A DNA stretch of 47,463 nt from a virus: IMG/VR virus record IMGVR_UViG_3300017963_000091; one strand, 5' to 3'. Numbering within the stretch: position 1 is the stretch's first letter; every line of letters starts with the position of its first letter. The notes under the pieces were generated by a model that was not told the DNA's origin, did no database searches, and saw nothing but the letters and a program-made list of their open reading frames with translations. The position numbers were made by a program, and so were the translations under genes. This document shows positions 6,173 through 15,974 of the stretch, piece by piece.

Positions 6173-7224
6173 CAGTTGTCCAATGCTGCCAGAAGTCGCC
6201 CGGTGTCCCTTCCGAGGTCATTGCGGTACTGCACGCCTTCCACGCCGAATCGGCCTATCGTCTTGTATGCCCTGTGCGTCGCTTCCTTGTGCCAAACACA
6301 CCACGGTTTCGGCCCATCGGTCGGGCGCTCCGGCCTGCCACGCGCCGTCACGCTGCCGAGTATCCCCACTTCCGCGCCGTAGACGTATTCCCCGCCAACC
6401 AGCGACACGTCCAGCGGCCAGAACCGCTTGCGCTGCCCGGAGTCCAGCTTGAACGCCACGGGCGCGTCAGGCTTGGCGACCGCAACGGGATACCACGGCA
6501 TCGTCAGGACAATCGCGCAGGCGCAGTCCCCGCTCGGCGTCGCGTCCCCGCTCAACAGCGCGGCCAGCCCGCCGTAGACCATCTCGCTTACCGCCTCAAT
6601 GACCGCCGGTTGCACCCCGATACTCACGCCATCGCAGTACAGCCCGTCCTCATGCCTCACGACAAAGATACTGACCAGTCCCGCGTAGCCCGCCGCGCCC
6701 AACTGCTCCGACAGCGGGTGCAGGAACCACTCGACAAGATGGCTGTGTTCGTCTACCGGCGCGACCTGACAGGCCGTCGGCCCGCTCGGTGCGCCCAAAT
6801 CGCCCGCCAGCAGCCGGTCGTGTATCACGCCCTTGTAGAACGGCTTGCGCCAGCCGCCCTCGTACCAGCCGCCGACCAGCAGCTTGTACGGCGGGCGTTG
6901 TGCCTCACCCGGCACGGGCCGCTGCCCCGCCTTGTCCATGACGGACTTGTGGAACTTCGCGTCAAGCGCGACAAGTTCCGGCCACTTTCCGCCGAACAAC
7001 ACACGGTTGCCATCGGCCTTGAGTTCCTCGACCAGCTTGCCCCAGCCCGGCCCGTCCACAACCACGGCGTCGGTGCGGCTCGCGGGCTGTGGCGTCGGCA
7101 CGCGAGTAAACATCCCCGCGCCGCAATGCAGGCCGGATAGGTGAAGCGATGCCCGCGCCCCGGTCTGTTCGGCCTGAAACGCGAGCGGCACGCCATACGA
7201 TTTCGAGATAAAGTGCAGCTTCAT
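6172..7224 (-). CDS. ATP-grasp-fold enzyme, PurD (GAR synthetase)-like (350 aa)
   Basis: ATG 7224..7222 overlaps the TGA of the 1335-aa gene (ATGA). The layout resembles PurD by eye: N-terminal MKLHFI..., DAVVVDGPGWGKLVEEL..., a central GYAGLVSIFVV block, and a C-terminal GILGSVTARG...VQYRNDLG (compare the PurD ...R-x-D-I-G end). Needs profile confirmation. Confidence 0.5.
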   Translation of the reverse strand: MKLHFISKSYGVPLAFQAEQTGARASLHLSGLHCGAGMFTRVPTPQPASRTDAVVVDGPGWGKLVEELKADGNRVLFGGKWPELVALDAKFHKSVMDKAGQRPVPGEAQRPPYKLLVGGWYEGGWRKPFYKGVIHDRLLAGDLGAPSGPTACQVAPVDEHSHLVEWFLHPLSEQLGAAGYAGLVSIFVVRHEDGLYCDGVSIGVQPAVIEAVSEMVYGGLAALLSGDATPSGDCACAIVLTMPWYPVAVAKPDAPVAFKLDSGQRKRFWPLDVSLVGGEYVYGAEVGILGSVTARGRPERPTDGPKPWCVWHKEATHRAYKTIGRFGVEGVQYRNDLGRDTGRLLAALDN

Positions 7225-10200
7225 TTCTTTTGCCCCTTCTTTGCCTTCGACCGTTTCGACAACTCGTTGTGCCACTCGATAACCTTGTCCCGCCAGTCCT
7301 TATGCGGAACTCCGCGCCTCGTCGTGTGCTTACGAATCGCGTATGCCAGATCGTGGTCCGTCATTTGATCTATCGGGAAGCGTCGCCACGACACCACGTC
7401 CTGCTCGTCAATCAGTAGCTTATCGGCCCACTCCTTTGTCATATCTTCCGGTGCGTTCTCGATGATTGCCTTGACATTGCTGTTGTATTCGCGTACCAGC
7501 TTCCGCGCGTCTCGGCTGCGTCCGAGTATGACGCCGATTTTCTCCCGCTCGCCACGCGCGGAGTACATCATGGACAACGCCTGCTGCCGGCGCTTCTCTG
7601 CCTCGCTGAATGTCGGGCGCACACCGGTAAACGCCTGCACCGCCGCAAGCGCGTGGCTCAGGTTGCGCTGCCGGTTGCGCCGGTATACGCTCGACGAGAT
7701 GGGGGCCAACTTCTCCAATTCGTAGAAGAAGTATCGGTTCAGCTTTTCAAGCGCCGGGTCGTGCTTGTATGCCACGCGCTCGTCGCGCCAGTCGCGGATG
7801 CCCTTGCCCATCGCCACGCTTGCCATGTCATAGGCCATGTCCAGCGTGGGCGCGCGCATACCGCCGACGCGCCGTATCGCGCCCGCCGCCGCCTTGTGCG
7901 GCTTGCCCCGCGCCGTCTGGTACAGCACGTCCCAGTAGTCCTTGTCGTAGGTCAGGAAGTCAATGTAAATTTCCCGGCCCTTCTCGTCCTTGTGCCCCGT
8001 GTCCGCTTTGAACAAGTCGCGCAGATCGTCCGGTGTCTTGGGCTTCTTCGGCGGCTTGCCCGTCAACAGGTAAGTCGTCACGGCGGCAATCAGCGCACTC
8101 AGCATCAGCGAGTTGGCGATATTTCGACGGGACTGCCCCCCGCCGCCAGCCTTGCTCCAGTCGGTCATGGCCTTGAATATCGTGCGGAAATTTCCTTCGG
8201 CGTAACTCGGCGCGATGAAGATGAACCGCAGCAGCGATGTCATGGTTCCGCTACGCCCGAACAGCCGCTCGTTCATCTCGCCGTAAAAGTTCTGAATAGT
8301 CTTGTGTACGTCGGCCTTTTCGCCCGTTGTCAGTTGACGGCCCAGCGACTTCTCCCGTGCCGCCACAGCGTCAAGCCACTTCGTCGCCTTTACCTTCGGA
8401 ATGTACTTCTCGAACATCCAATCCGCGAATGCGACCGGAATCTTGATTGGCGTCATGGCGACCCGCAATGCCGCGTACTTGTTAGCGCGGTTTATCCAGT
8501 CGCGCACGACACCCACGGCCCTGGATTCAAGGGAATACTTATGCCCGCCGCCCGTGGCGACATATTCCTTGTACCACGGCTCGCTGAATATCGGGTCGTT
8601 TTCCGTGAACCCGCGCGTCAGGCCGCGCCCCAGTGTCTTGCCGCCCGTCAACATGAAATACCCGCTGTCCGCAAGCGATTGCTTTGCGATATTTAATAGG
8701 TGGAACGCACTTCCCGCGAACTTGGTAATGCGCAGCGCGTTATTCACGCCGCGAAACGTGCGGAGCGGCGCAGCCTGTGACACGAGGTTTGCGCTAATCA
8801 TGTTGTTGACCAGCCGTGCCAAGTCCGGGTCGAGCAGCACGTCCTTGAACGTCGGGTCGTGGACTTCGCGCGCTATCTGCGGGGCTGCGTTACGTTCCCA
8901 TATATACCGGCCTTCGCCCGATTCCATGAGTTTGTCGCGCATGTCCTGCATTGCACCGCGCTTCGCAATCGCAACGTACTCGGCCATCAGGTTATGCACT
9001 GGGTTCGGATTGCGTATCTTCAATCCGGCGGCACGCGCATCGGCGTAGGTCGGGAATGTCTTTTCTTTCGTGTAGCGGTCAGTGGTCTTCCAGTATTTCA
9101 GGAAGCGGTCTACCGCGTCGGGGTTCTTGTAGATGCCGTAGAAATAGTCCTGCACCTCGTTGATGTCCTCGCCCGCGATCTCTTGGAGTGCCTTGTAGTT
9201 GAACTCGGCAATCTCGTCTATCGCGCGACGCAGGGACGGGTCTTTCAGTTCGGCGGGAAGCCGCGCAAACGCGCCGCGTTGCAACGCTCGCGCCTTGCCC
9301 TCCAATCCGTGCTCCCGCGTGGTCATCAGGTCTTCCAAAACATCGGCGGGGTACTTGTCCAGTTCCTTGGCGAGCGTGCGTATCGTCTTGTCCGCCGTTT
9401 CCAACATGCGCTGCTCAAATTCCAGTCGCGCCACGTCGCCCTTGTGTACTCCGCGCATCACCGTCCCGTAGACCTCGCGGCCCAAGTTCTCCTTGATTTC
9501 CACAATCTTGGACGGCTCGGCACCCGTGACTTGGAGTACTTTCGCGCCTGCCAGCTTGAACGCCTTGGCCGCGTCCGATGCCCGCTTGCCGAGTGCGCGT
9601 ATCGTCTCCGCGCCGGGGATGTAGACTTCGCCGCGCTGCCCCGCCTTGGCGCGGGACAACCCCTTTGCCGGTGCGGGAGTCTTGGGCTTCCCGTATAGCG
9701 CGCGTGCGCTTTCCTCGGTGATGCCGAGCGGGTGTTTCCCCTTGTCTGCCGCCAACGCTTTGAGGTCTACTCGGATGGTCATGCCGGGTTTCAGGCCGGA
9801 CGGGTCGAGTCGGACATCCCCTTGCGCTTGAAGCTGTCCCGCATCTTCTCGTATCCCTTCGGCATGTTGTGCCTCCTTTGCCTTAATTTTCGCCGCGACT
9901 TTCTGCGCGGCCTTGTTGAATCGCGCCAGTTCCTTCTTGGACGCCACGGCACGCTCGCCCTGCTGCGCCTTCACGCGCTCCAGCGCCTTGACCAGCACGT
10001 CGGGCGATTCCACGGGCTTGGGCTGCACGGGCGCAACGGGTTTGGTTGTCGGGGCTGTCGCATCCGGCGCGGGGCCACCCGACTGTGCCGCCTGTTGTAT
10101 TACCGCACCCGCGCCGCCCGACACGACACCCAGCCCCGCGCCCGCAACGGCACTCTCCGCTATGCGCCGCCACTCTTCAAGCAGCCTTTTGTCAGGGCTG

Positions 10201-11228
10201 TGTCCAAGTTTCTCGGCTGCCACGGACACGATTTCCTGCATACCTTCGGTCAAGCCTTCAACCGCACCTTGTTCAGCGGCTGCTCTGGCGAGCCGCGCCA
10301 CGGCGCGCAATGCCCCCCGCTTCACGGCCTGACCTGCACCGCTCTTGTTGAACAACCGCGCAACGGGTATCATTTCGAGCATACCGTTGACCGCGCCTAC
10401 GCCAACGCCTTCCAGTGCGGCCACGGGTTCGGGCGCGCCCTCCTGTAACGCCTGTCGGTACTGTGACCCGCCCTCTTGCGCGGCCATGAACGCGAAGCCG
10501 CCCACCGGCCCGCCGAGTCCGTAACTGGCAATGCCGCCTCCCAGAATCGGGGCCTGTTCGCCAAAAACGTTCACCCACCAGTCCGGCGACGTGATCTTCT
10601 GTCCAAGTCCGGCGCCCGGTGCGGGGCCGCGCGACGGCCCGAAGGCCGGTATCGCAGCGTCGGCTGTCGGGATTCTTGGCTCAGGCGCACCGGGAAGTCG
10701 CTGCTCTACCAGTTGCCCCGCCGCCCCAAGATTCTCGCCCACATTGATGATACCGCGCCCGATAGCGTACCCGGCCTCTCCAAGAAGCGACCGGCGTTCC
10801 GGTTCTGCCAGCAACGCCGACGGGTCGGCCATCTGGCGCACTTCCCATGTCGGGGACTGCATCCTTAAGCCAGCAATCGGGTCGGTGCCAGCCGCCCAGC
10901 CCAATGACGGCTGCTCCGGTACGCTCATATCCGCGCTGATGCCCGCGTTCTCCGGCGTGCGTCGTTCCGTGCGCGGGAAGTACTTGCTGTCGAGTACCGC
11001 AACTTGCGCGCCCGCCTTGCCAGCGGACTGCTCCACGCGCTGGTGGGAATCCGGCCTGTCCTTGCCCCAAAAGCCGCGATAGGCCGCTGCCTTTTTTTCG
11101 TCGGGCAGGGCAGAGCATTCCGGGCTTTCGGCAAGACGCAGCCAGTAGCCGCGCTTGGCGGCAGCCTGCTTGTCCGGCGACAACGCCTTGTATTCCGGCG
11201 AGTTTTCCAGTTCAGCCCAGCGGCTCAT
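7221..11228 (-). CDS. large internal virion/ejection protein candidate (1335 aa)
   Basis: The size class and its position after a nozzle-like gene and two Gly/Gln-rich proteins mirror T7 gp16. Duplicated ~20-aa N-terminal motif, an Ala/Gly/Pro-rich linker, and hydrophobic segments such as NIANSLMLSALIAAVTTYLLTG. No enzymatic motif recognised. Confidence 0.5.
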   Translation of the reverse strand: MSRWAELENSPEYKALSPDKQAAAKRGYWLRLAESPECSALPDEKKAAAYRGFWGKDRPDSHQRVEQSAGKAGAQVAVLDSKYFPRTERRTPENAGISADMSVPEQPSLGWAAGTDPIAGLRMQSPTWEVRQMADPSALLAEPERRSLLGEAGYAIGRGIINVGENLGAAGQLVEQRLPGAPEPRIPTADAAIPAFGPSRGPAPGAGLGQKITSPDWWVNVFGEQAPILGGGIASYGLGGPVGGFAFMAAQEGGSQYRQALQEGAPEPVAALEGVGVGAVNGMLEMIPVARLFNKSGAGQAVKRGALRAVARLARAAAEQGAVEGLTEGMQEIVSVAAEKLGHSPDKRLLEEWRRIAESAVAGAGLGVVSGGAGAVIQQAAQSGGPAPDATAPTTKPVAPVQPKPVESPDVLVKALERVKAQQGERAVASKKELARFNKAAQKVAAKIKAKEAQHAEGIREDAGQLQAQGDVRLDPSGLKPGMTIRVDLKALAADKGKHPLGITEESARALYGKPKTPAPAKGLSRAKAGQRGEVYIPGAETIRALGKRASDAAKAFKLAGAKVLQVTGAEPSKIVEIKENLGREVYGTVMRGVHKGDVARLEFEQRMLETADKTIRTLAKELDKYPADVLEDLMTTREHGLEGKARALQRGAFARLPAELKDPSLRRAIDEIAEFNYKALQEIAGEDINEVQDYFYGIYKNPDAVDRFLKYWKTTDRYTKEKTFPTYADARAAGLKIRNPNPVHNLMAEYVAIAKRGAMQDMRDKLMESGEGRYIWERNAAPQIAREVHDPTFKDVLLDPDLARLVNNMISANLVSQAAPLRTFRGVNNALRITKFAGSAFHLLNIAKQSLADSGYFMLTGGKTLGRGLTRGFTENDPIFSEPWYKEYVATGGGHKYSLESRAVGVVRDWINRANKYAALRVAMTPIKIPVAFADWMFEKYIPKVKATKWLDAVAAREKSLGRQLTTGEKADVHKTIQNFYGEMNERLFGRSGTMTSLLRFIFIAPSYAEGNFRTIFKAMTDWSKAGGGGQSRRNIANSLMLSALIAAVTTYLLTGKPPKKPKTPDDLRDLFKADTGHKDEKGREIYIDFLTYDKDYWDVLYQTARGKPHKAAAGAIRRVGGMRAPTLDMAYDMASVAMGKGIRDWRDERVAYKHDPALEKLNRYFFYELEKLAPISSSVYRRNRQRNLSHALAAVQAFTGVRPTFSEAEKRRQQALSMMYSARGEREKIGVILGRSRDARKLVREYNSNVKAIIENAPEDMTKEWADKLLIDEQDVVSWRRFPIDQMTDHDLAYAIRKHTTRRGVPHKDWRDKVIEWHNELSKRSKAKKGQKK

Positions 11229-12124
11229 TGTAACCCCAAGGGTGCGCCCTGTACGCCCGACCCGATGTTCATGAGTTCGTTCAACTCCGCGCTCACGCCG
11301 CCAAGATGCACGCTCTGTTTCTCAAACGCGGCACGCCGCACCTGTGCCCGCTTCTTGAGTAGCGCCTTGATTTGTGCCAGGATGTCGGCTTGCGCCGCTC
11401 TGTCCAGTGTGGTCGCGTAGAGGTCTCGGAGCGCCTTGATTTCCTCGTCTATATCGTCCACTTCCCACTCGACACGCCGCTGAATATCCATCGTGGACGG
11501 GGCCTTGCCCTTGCCTTCGGTCTTGGCGCGCGCACGATTCAGTTCCGCCGTCGTCTTCCGCACGTCGTATTCGCCCGTGGCTCGCTCCTCCATGCCTTTT
11601 GCCGTGGCGGCTCGCCCGGCGTCCCGCTTCCAGCGCGGTTCGGCATACCCTTCCCTGAGCATCCCGCGCCCGGCAGCAACGGGTTCGTTCCGCCACGCCT
11701 CTTCCGCCTCACGCTCGCGCGCCGCCTTGCCTACCGCAATGTCGGCCTTGCCGCGTGCGGTTTTCAGGTCGGCCTTTCCGCGCACGTCGAGTTCCTGTCC
11801 GAGCCGTCCGAGCGAAGTTTGGAATTTTTCCGCCTCGCTCTGGCCGGTTGACATAACGCCCGCTACCGCGCCCGCGTTCGGCACACCGAGCTTCTGCATC
11901 AGCGGTTGCGCGGATGCCGCGAGTTGCTGCGCCGCCTGCTGGTCGCCGCGTGCCACGAGTTGCTGTATCGCGGTCTGTACGAGCTTCAGCGACGTGAGCG
12001 CGTGTCGCTGCTCGCGGTCGGCCTGTTCTCCGCCGAGTCTGGCTGCGTTTTGCCCTGCCGCCGTCCATGCCAACGCCGCACGCGGCACATAGGGTTCAAT
12101 TCCAAAACCTGCTCGTCCTGGCAT
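11225..12124 (-). CDS. coiled-coil-rich structural/internal protein candidate (299 aa)
   Basis: The stop overlaps the ATG of the 1335-aa gene (ATGA). Ala/Glu/Lys/Arg-rich helical sequence. Confidence 0.55.
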   Translation of the reverse strand: MPGRAGFGIEPYVPRAALAWTAAGQNAARLGGEQADREQRHALTSLKLVQTAIQQLVARGDQQAAQQLAASAQPLMQKLGVPNAGAVAGVMSTGQSEAEKFQTSLGRLGQELDVRGKADLKTARGKADIAVGKAAREREAEEAWRNEPVAAGRGMLREGYAEPRWKRDAGRAATAKGMEERATGEYDVRKTTAELNRARAKTEGKGKAPSTMDIQRRVEWEVDDIDEEIKALRDLYATTLDRAAQADILAQIKALLKKRAQVRRAAFEKQSVHLGGVSAELNELMNIGSGVQGAPLGLQ

Positions 12125-12153
12125 TGTCTATTCCTTTTCTCTTTTACAAACGG

Positions 12154-13131
12154 TCAGAACAACAGACCGCCAAACGGGCCTGCACCCCCCATCAGACTAC
12201 TCAGCCCGAACCCGCCACTAGACCCGCCCGATTTCGACTGTGCTTGCGTCTGTACGCTGGGCTGGCCGCGCCACATGGCGTTGAGATTTGCCAAGGTGTC
12301 CGCAAACTGCCCCGTGCCGCGTTGCAACTGGCCCAACAACCCCACCTGCGGTTCAAGATAGCTAGTCGTCATCGGCGTGCCGAGATACGCCAACGCCTGC
12401 TGAATGATGGGGCTGTATTCCGGCTGTTCCTGCATCCACATCTGGTAATCGGTGTCCAGCGCGGCCTGCGCCAATTCACGCGGCAGCGCGCCGTATTCCA
12501 TCCCGGCCATGACGTTTTGTAACATCGCCGAGCGTTGCGGGTCGTCGGATTGCGCGGCGGCGATTCGCGCCTGTGCGTTGAACAGATCCCGCGCCTGCTG
12601 GTCGGCCAACGCCTGCTCGTACACGCTCTGTGCGCCCAGCCCGATCTGGCCCGCGACATTCTCCGCCGAACTTGCCAAGGCCCGATTCATTGCGCTGCCG
12701 CTCCGCCCGCCGCTGGTCGCGTAAGCGTCCTCCTTGGCCTGCGTGCTCAAGTCCTTGAACTGGTTCTGCCAGTATTTCCCGACGTTCTGGTGGTACTGTC
12801 CGATGCGCTCCTGCGGGTTCACGCCGCCGACGGCGTTGCCCGCCAGCGTAGACGCATATGCCGCCTGTCGCTGCGGCATGTACGCGCCCAGCCCGCCCAT
12901 GTACCGACCGAGCATCCCCTGCGCGGACTGCTCCATGCCGGACAACGGCGCGACACGCTGGCCCCCATAAGCGGGCAGCCCCTTCCTAATCCGCTCCTGT
13001 AAGTATGTGCTCAACAGATTGGATACGCCCCGCTGATTGCCCGAAAGTGTTGACCCCACTTTCAACTTGTCGGGCGAATCGAACAGCCCGCCCGTCAGTT
13101 TGCCCAGCGCGTTGCTAAAACTGAATCCCAT
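12154..13131 (-). CDS. Gly/Gln-rich internal virion protein candidate (325 aa)
   Basis: Starts MGFSFSNALGKLTGGLF... and ends ...SGGSSGGFGLSSLMGGAGPFGGLLF. The composition is typical of ejection/internal proteins of podoviruses. Confidence 0.55.
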   Translation of the reverse strand: MGFSFSNALGKLTGGLFDSPDKLKVGSTLSGNQRGVSNLLSTYLQERIRKGLPAYGGQRVAPLSGMEQSAQGMLGRYMGGLGAYMPQRQAAYASTLAGNAVGGVNPQERIGQYHQNVGKYWQNQFKDLSTQAKEDAYATSGGRSGSAMNRALASSAENVAGQIGLGAQSVYEQALADQQARDLFNAQARIAAAQSDDPQRSAMLQNVMAGMEYGALPRELAQAALDTDYQMWMQEQPEYSPIIQQALAYLGTPMTTSYLEPQVGLLGQLQRGTGQFADTLANLNAMWRGQPSVQTQAQSKSGGSSGGFGLSSLMGGAGPFGGLLF

Positions 13132-13141
13132 TGTCGCGCCC

Positions 13142-13417
13142 CTAACTCAAAGATGCCGATTTCATGGTGCCGTCCACGTTGACGTACAACGCCTCGTTCC
13201 CGCCGTCCGTGCGTACCACCACCTGATTCTCGTCCACGCCCGCCGTCGTCGGCAGTGTGGAAAACGCCGTCAGTGTCGCCTTGCCCTGCGCCAAGTCCTC
13301 GTACACGCCCTGCGCCCATACAATCAGCGCACGGTGCAACTCCGCCAGATACCGCTGCGCCTTCGCGTCGTCGAGCTTCGGCACGGGCGGGAAGTTCGGG
13401 AAACTCGTCGTCCTCAT
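13142..13417 (-). CDS. hypothetical small structural-region protein (91 aa)
   Basis: ATG 13417..13415 overlaps the TGA of 13414..14949 (ATGA). The longer ORF-track start is inside the upstream gene. Confidence 0.55.
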   Translation of the reverse strand: MRTTSFPNFPPVPKLDDAKAQRYLAELHRALIVWAQGVYEDLAQGKATLTAFSTLPTTAGVDENQVVVRTDGGNEALYVNVDGTMKSASLS

Positions 13418-14949
13418 CGGTCTGAACCCACCGTATAGCGCACGCCCAGCCAGCGCAGCCAGAACCGCTCGCCGCTGTTGTCGTTCTTGAACCGGAGCCG
13501 CAACTGCCGCCCCACGGTGTCCACATAGAAGCTGTACCGGGCGTAGTCGCTCACAAGCGTCTGGTCGCCCGCCTCCGTCCACGTCGCGCCCAAGTCGGTC
13601 GAGTACGCCACGTCCACGCTCGCGCCCTTGGCCTCGAACATGATCTCAATAATGCGCTTGTAGTGGTTCACATAACGGTCGTCGAGCACCAAGTCCTTGG
13701 ACTCCCAGCGCGCGTCTATCGCCGTCCCGTTGTCGTCGAGCGACACCAGGTCATCCTTGAAAATGTACCCGCCGCTGTTGGCGAAGCAGCGGAAGTTGCG
13801 GCCCTCGAACCCGCCCAAGGCGTCTATCGGCTCGTGGTCCATCTCGTCAATCGTTTTGTCCGACGGCAGTTCGTCAATCGTGCCGCGTGAGCCGAGTTCC
13901 AACGCGCTCGCCGCCGTCAGGTTCTCTATCGTGTCAATCGTCCACCTGTCCTGCTGGTAGTCGTAGACATACTGCCGGTTGATTTTCCCGCCCGACTCCC
14001 CGTAAGGAACGTACAGATAGTACAAATGTTCGTCCTCGTTCAGCATGGCGAAGCACTTGGGGAAATTCGTGCGCGACACGTTCTTGAACAGGTCGTCGCG
14101 GATGCGCCCGCCCACGCCCGTCAGCGCCGTGCCGTTGAACAGGTACACGTCGTCCTGCCCCATGAAGATGTGGTCGAAGCCGAGGTCAATCACCGTGCGC
14201 GGCGCGAGCGTGCCCTTGTTCGGCACCGCCACGTCAAACCGAAACACCGCCAGCCCGCCGACGTACTGCCCGATGTAAATGCGATTCCCGCAATAGACGG
14301 CGAGCCACGCGCCTATCGGCACGCCGCACTGCGCGCCCGTCGGGTCGCCCTCCAAGTCGAAATACCCGCCGCCCGCCGACGTGTCGTACTCGTCGGTCTT
14401 GCCGAGTTCGCTCCAACGGATACGGTACGGATAGCTTGTCCCGTCCTCGTTCGTGCCGAGCAGCAGCAGCCGGTCGGCAAACGTCACCACGGCGCGGCAC
14501 AGATGGTACGTCGGCGTCTGGTAATCGTCGCCGCCCGCGAGGTCGGAGGCATTACCCGTGCCCGTCCATACCTGAACGTGGTCAACGCCGTTCGTGTAAA
14601 TCCATGTATCGTTCATCGTGCAAGCCGAGTGCCGCCCGCCGACCGTGCCGCTCAACCCCGACTTGACGGACGTGAATGTCGCGCCTGTCCACTTGTAGAG
14701 GTTGGAGAGCGTCGCCATCATCGCCGTCGTGGAACCCGCGAGCCGGTCGAAGTCGTTCAGCAGCACGGGCGTCGAGGCCATAGACGCGCTCATCAGCGTC
14801 GTGTAGCCGCGCCGCTTGAATACCTCACCGCCACGGAACCGCACATTCTGCACGCGGGGCGTCTCGTCCCCGCCAATCATCGTCGGCGGGTCTTCCTGAT
14901 TCAGCCCCGCCGCAGGCGCGGCGATCTGGAAGAACTGTGCGTTCGCCAT
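13414..14949 (-). CDS. tail tubular/nozzle-like structural protein (511 aa)
   Basis: ATG 14949..14947 overlaps the TAA of the tail-fibre gene (TAATG). The N-terminus ...NVRFRGGEVFKRRGY resembles the conserved start of podoviral tail-tubular proteins. Beta-rich repetitive sequence. Confidence 0.45.
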   Translation of the reverse strand: MANAQFFQIAAPAAGLNQEDPPTMIGGDETPRVQNVRFRGGEVFKRRGYTTLMSASMASTPVLLNDFDRLAGSTTAMMATLSNLYKWTGATFTSVKSGLSGTVGGRHSACTMNDTWIYTNGVDHVQVWTGTGNASDLAGGDDYQTPTYHLCRAVVTFADRLLLLGTNEDGTSYPYRIRWSELGKTDEYDTSAGGGYFDLEGDPTGAQCGVPIGAWLAVYCGNRIYIGQYVGGLAVFRFDVAVPNKGTLAPRTVIDLGFDHIFMGQDDVYLFNGTALTGVGGRIRDDLFKNVSRTNFPKCFAMLNEDEHLYYLYVPYGESGGKINRQYVYDYQQDRWTIDTIENLTAASALELGSRGTIDELPSDKTIDEMDHEPIDALGGFEGRNFRCFANSGGYIFKDDLVSLDDNGTAIDARWESKDLVLDDRYVNHYKRIIEIMFEAKGASVDVAYSTDLGATWTEAGDQTLVSDYARYSFYVDTVGRQLRLRFKNDNSGERFWLRWLGVRYTVGSDR

Positions 14950-15974
14950 TACCACGTTTCCGCTATGTAGGTGTAAGTAACCCCGCTGCCGTTGACGTAG
15001 GCGTGATTGCCGACGGTAAAGCCCGCCGCGTCGAGCGATATAATGAACGTCGTCAGCCAGTTGCCCGCCGCGTCCTTCGCGTAGAGGCCGTCTTGGTTAG
15101 TCTTGACTACGGGCAGGTGTCCCTGATATTGGGCGTACACGGTGACTTTCTTCGGCTGCCAACTCAGGCCGGTAATCGCGTGCGAGGCCGTGGCGTCGCC
15201 CGTGTAGGTGCCCGTCGCCACCTTGGCGAATACGCCAATGACTTGCTCGTACCGCACCGCGTCGCCGTTCTCGGTCGCTGCAGCCAACCCCGTGATTTTG
15301 CTGCTGCCCATCGCAAGGCTCCCGGCCAGCGTCAGCGTCCCGTCCACCGTGCCGCCGCCCTTCGGCAGATACGCCGGATGCCCGTCAAGGTACACCGTGT
15401 AGCTCTGGCCCGATGCCGTCGTGCCGTCGTACACGCGGTCGAGCGTGATCTGCGTGTTGCTGTCCACGCTGGAAATGACGTAGTATTCGCTGTCCGGGCC
15501 GAGCAGGATGTCATTCGCCGCGATGTTCCCGCTCCATGCCGTGCTGTTGCCTGCGACCGTCGCGCTGGCGTTCGTTACGTCTATTGTGCCCGTCGTGTAG
15601 GTCGTGACGGCGGCGGAGTGGTTCGGCGTGCCCACGGTCGTCCACGCCTCGTCCGTGTAGTTGTATTTCTTGAGCAGGCCGGTGTCGGTCTCGTAGTACA
15701 ACGCGCCGTCCTGCATACCCGCCGCCGCCGTGGACGGCTTGTTCGCGGCCAGCCCGTAGTTGCTGCGACCGGATTCCTTCCGGTGCCGCCAGAGGTTTTC
15801 TTTCCCCGTTTCGTCCGCGTGCGCGTAGTGCTCGACGTTCGCGCGCTCGCGCACGCCCTTGCGGGTGCTCTCAATCAGGTCGTCTATGTCGTCCTGATAC
15901 TGACTGCCCTGATCCGATTCGTCCCACGCATTGTCCGCACTAGTCGCTGCCGAGTCCGAGTTGCTTAGAGTCAT
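14949..15974 (-). CDS. tail fibre protein (341 aa)
   Basis: LPKGGGTVDGTLTLAGSLAMGSSKITGLAAATENGDAVRYEQV matches the widespread fibre motif (L-x-GGT-x-x-G-x-L ... I-T-x-L-A-x-x-x-x-x-x-D-A-V). Acidic N-terminus. Confidence 0.7.
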   Translation of the reverse strand: MTLSNSDSAATSADNAWDESDQGSQYQDDIDDLIESTRKGVRERANVEHYAHADETGKENLWRHRKESGRSNYGLAANKPSTAAAGMQDGALYYETDTGLLKKYNYTDEAWTTVGTPNHSAAVTTYTTGTIDVTNASATVAGNSTAWSGNIAANDILLGPDSEYYVISSVDSNTQITLDRVYDGTTASGQSYTVYLDGHPAYLPKGGGTVDGTLTLAGSLAMGSSKITGLAAATENGDAVRYEQVIGVFAKVATGTYTGDATASHAITGLSWQPKKVTVYAQYQGHLPVVKTNQDGLYAKDAAGNWLTTFIISLDAAGFTVGNHAYVNGSGVTYTYIAETW

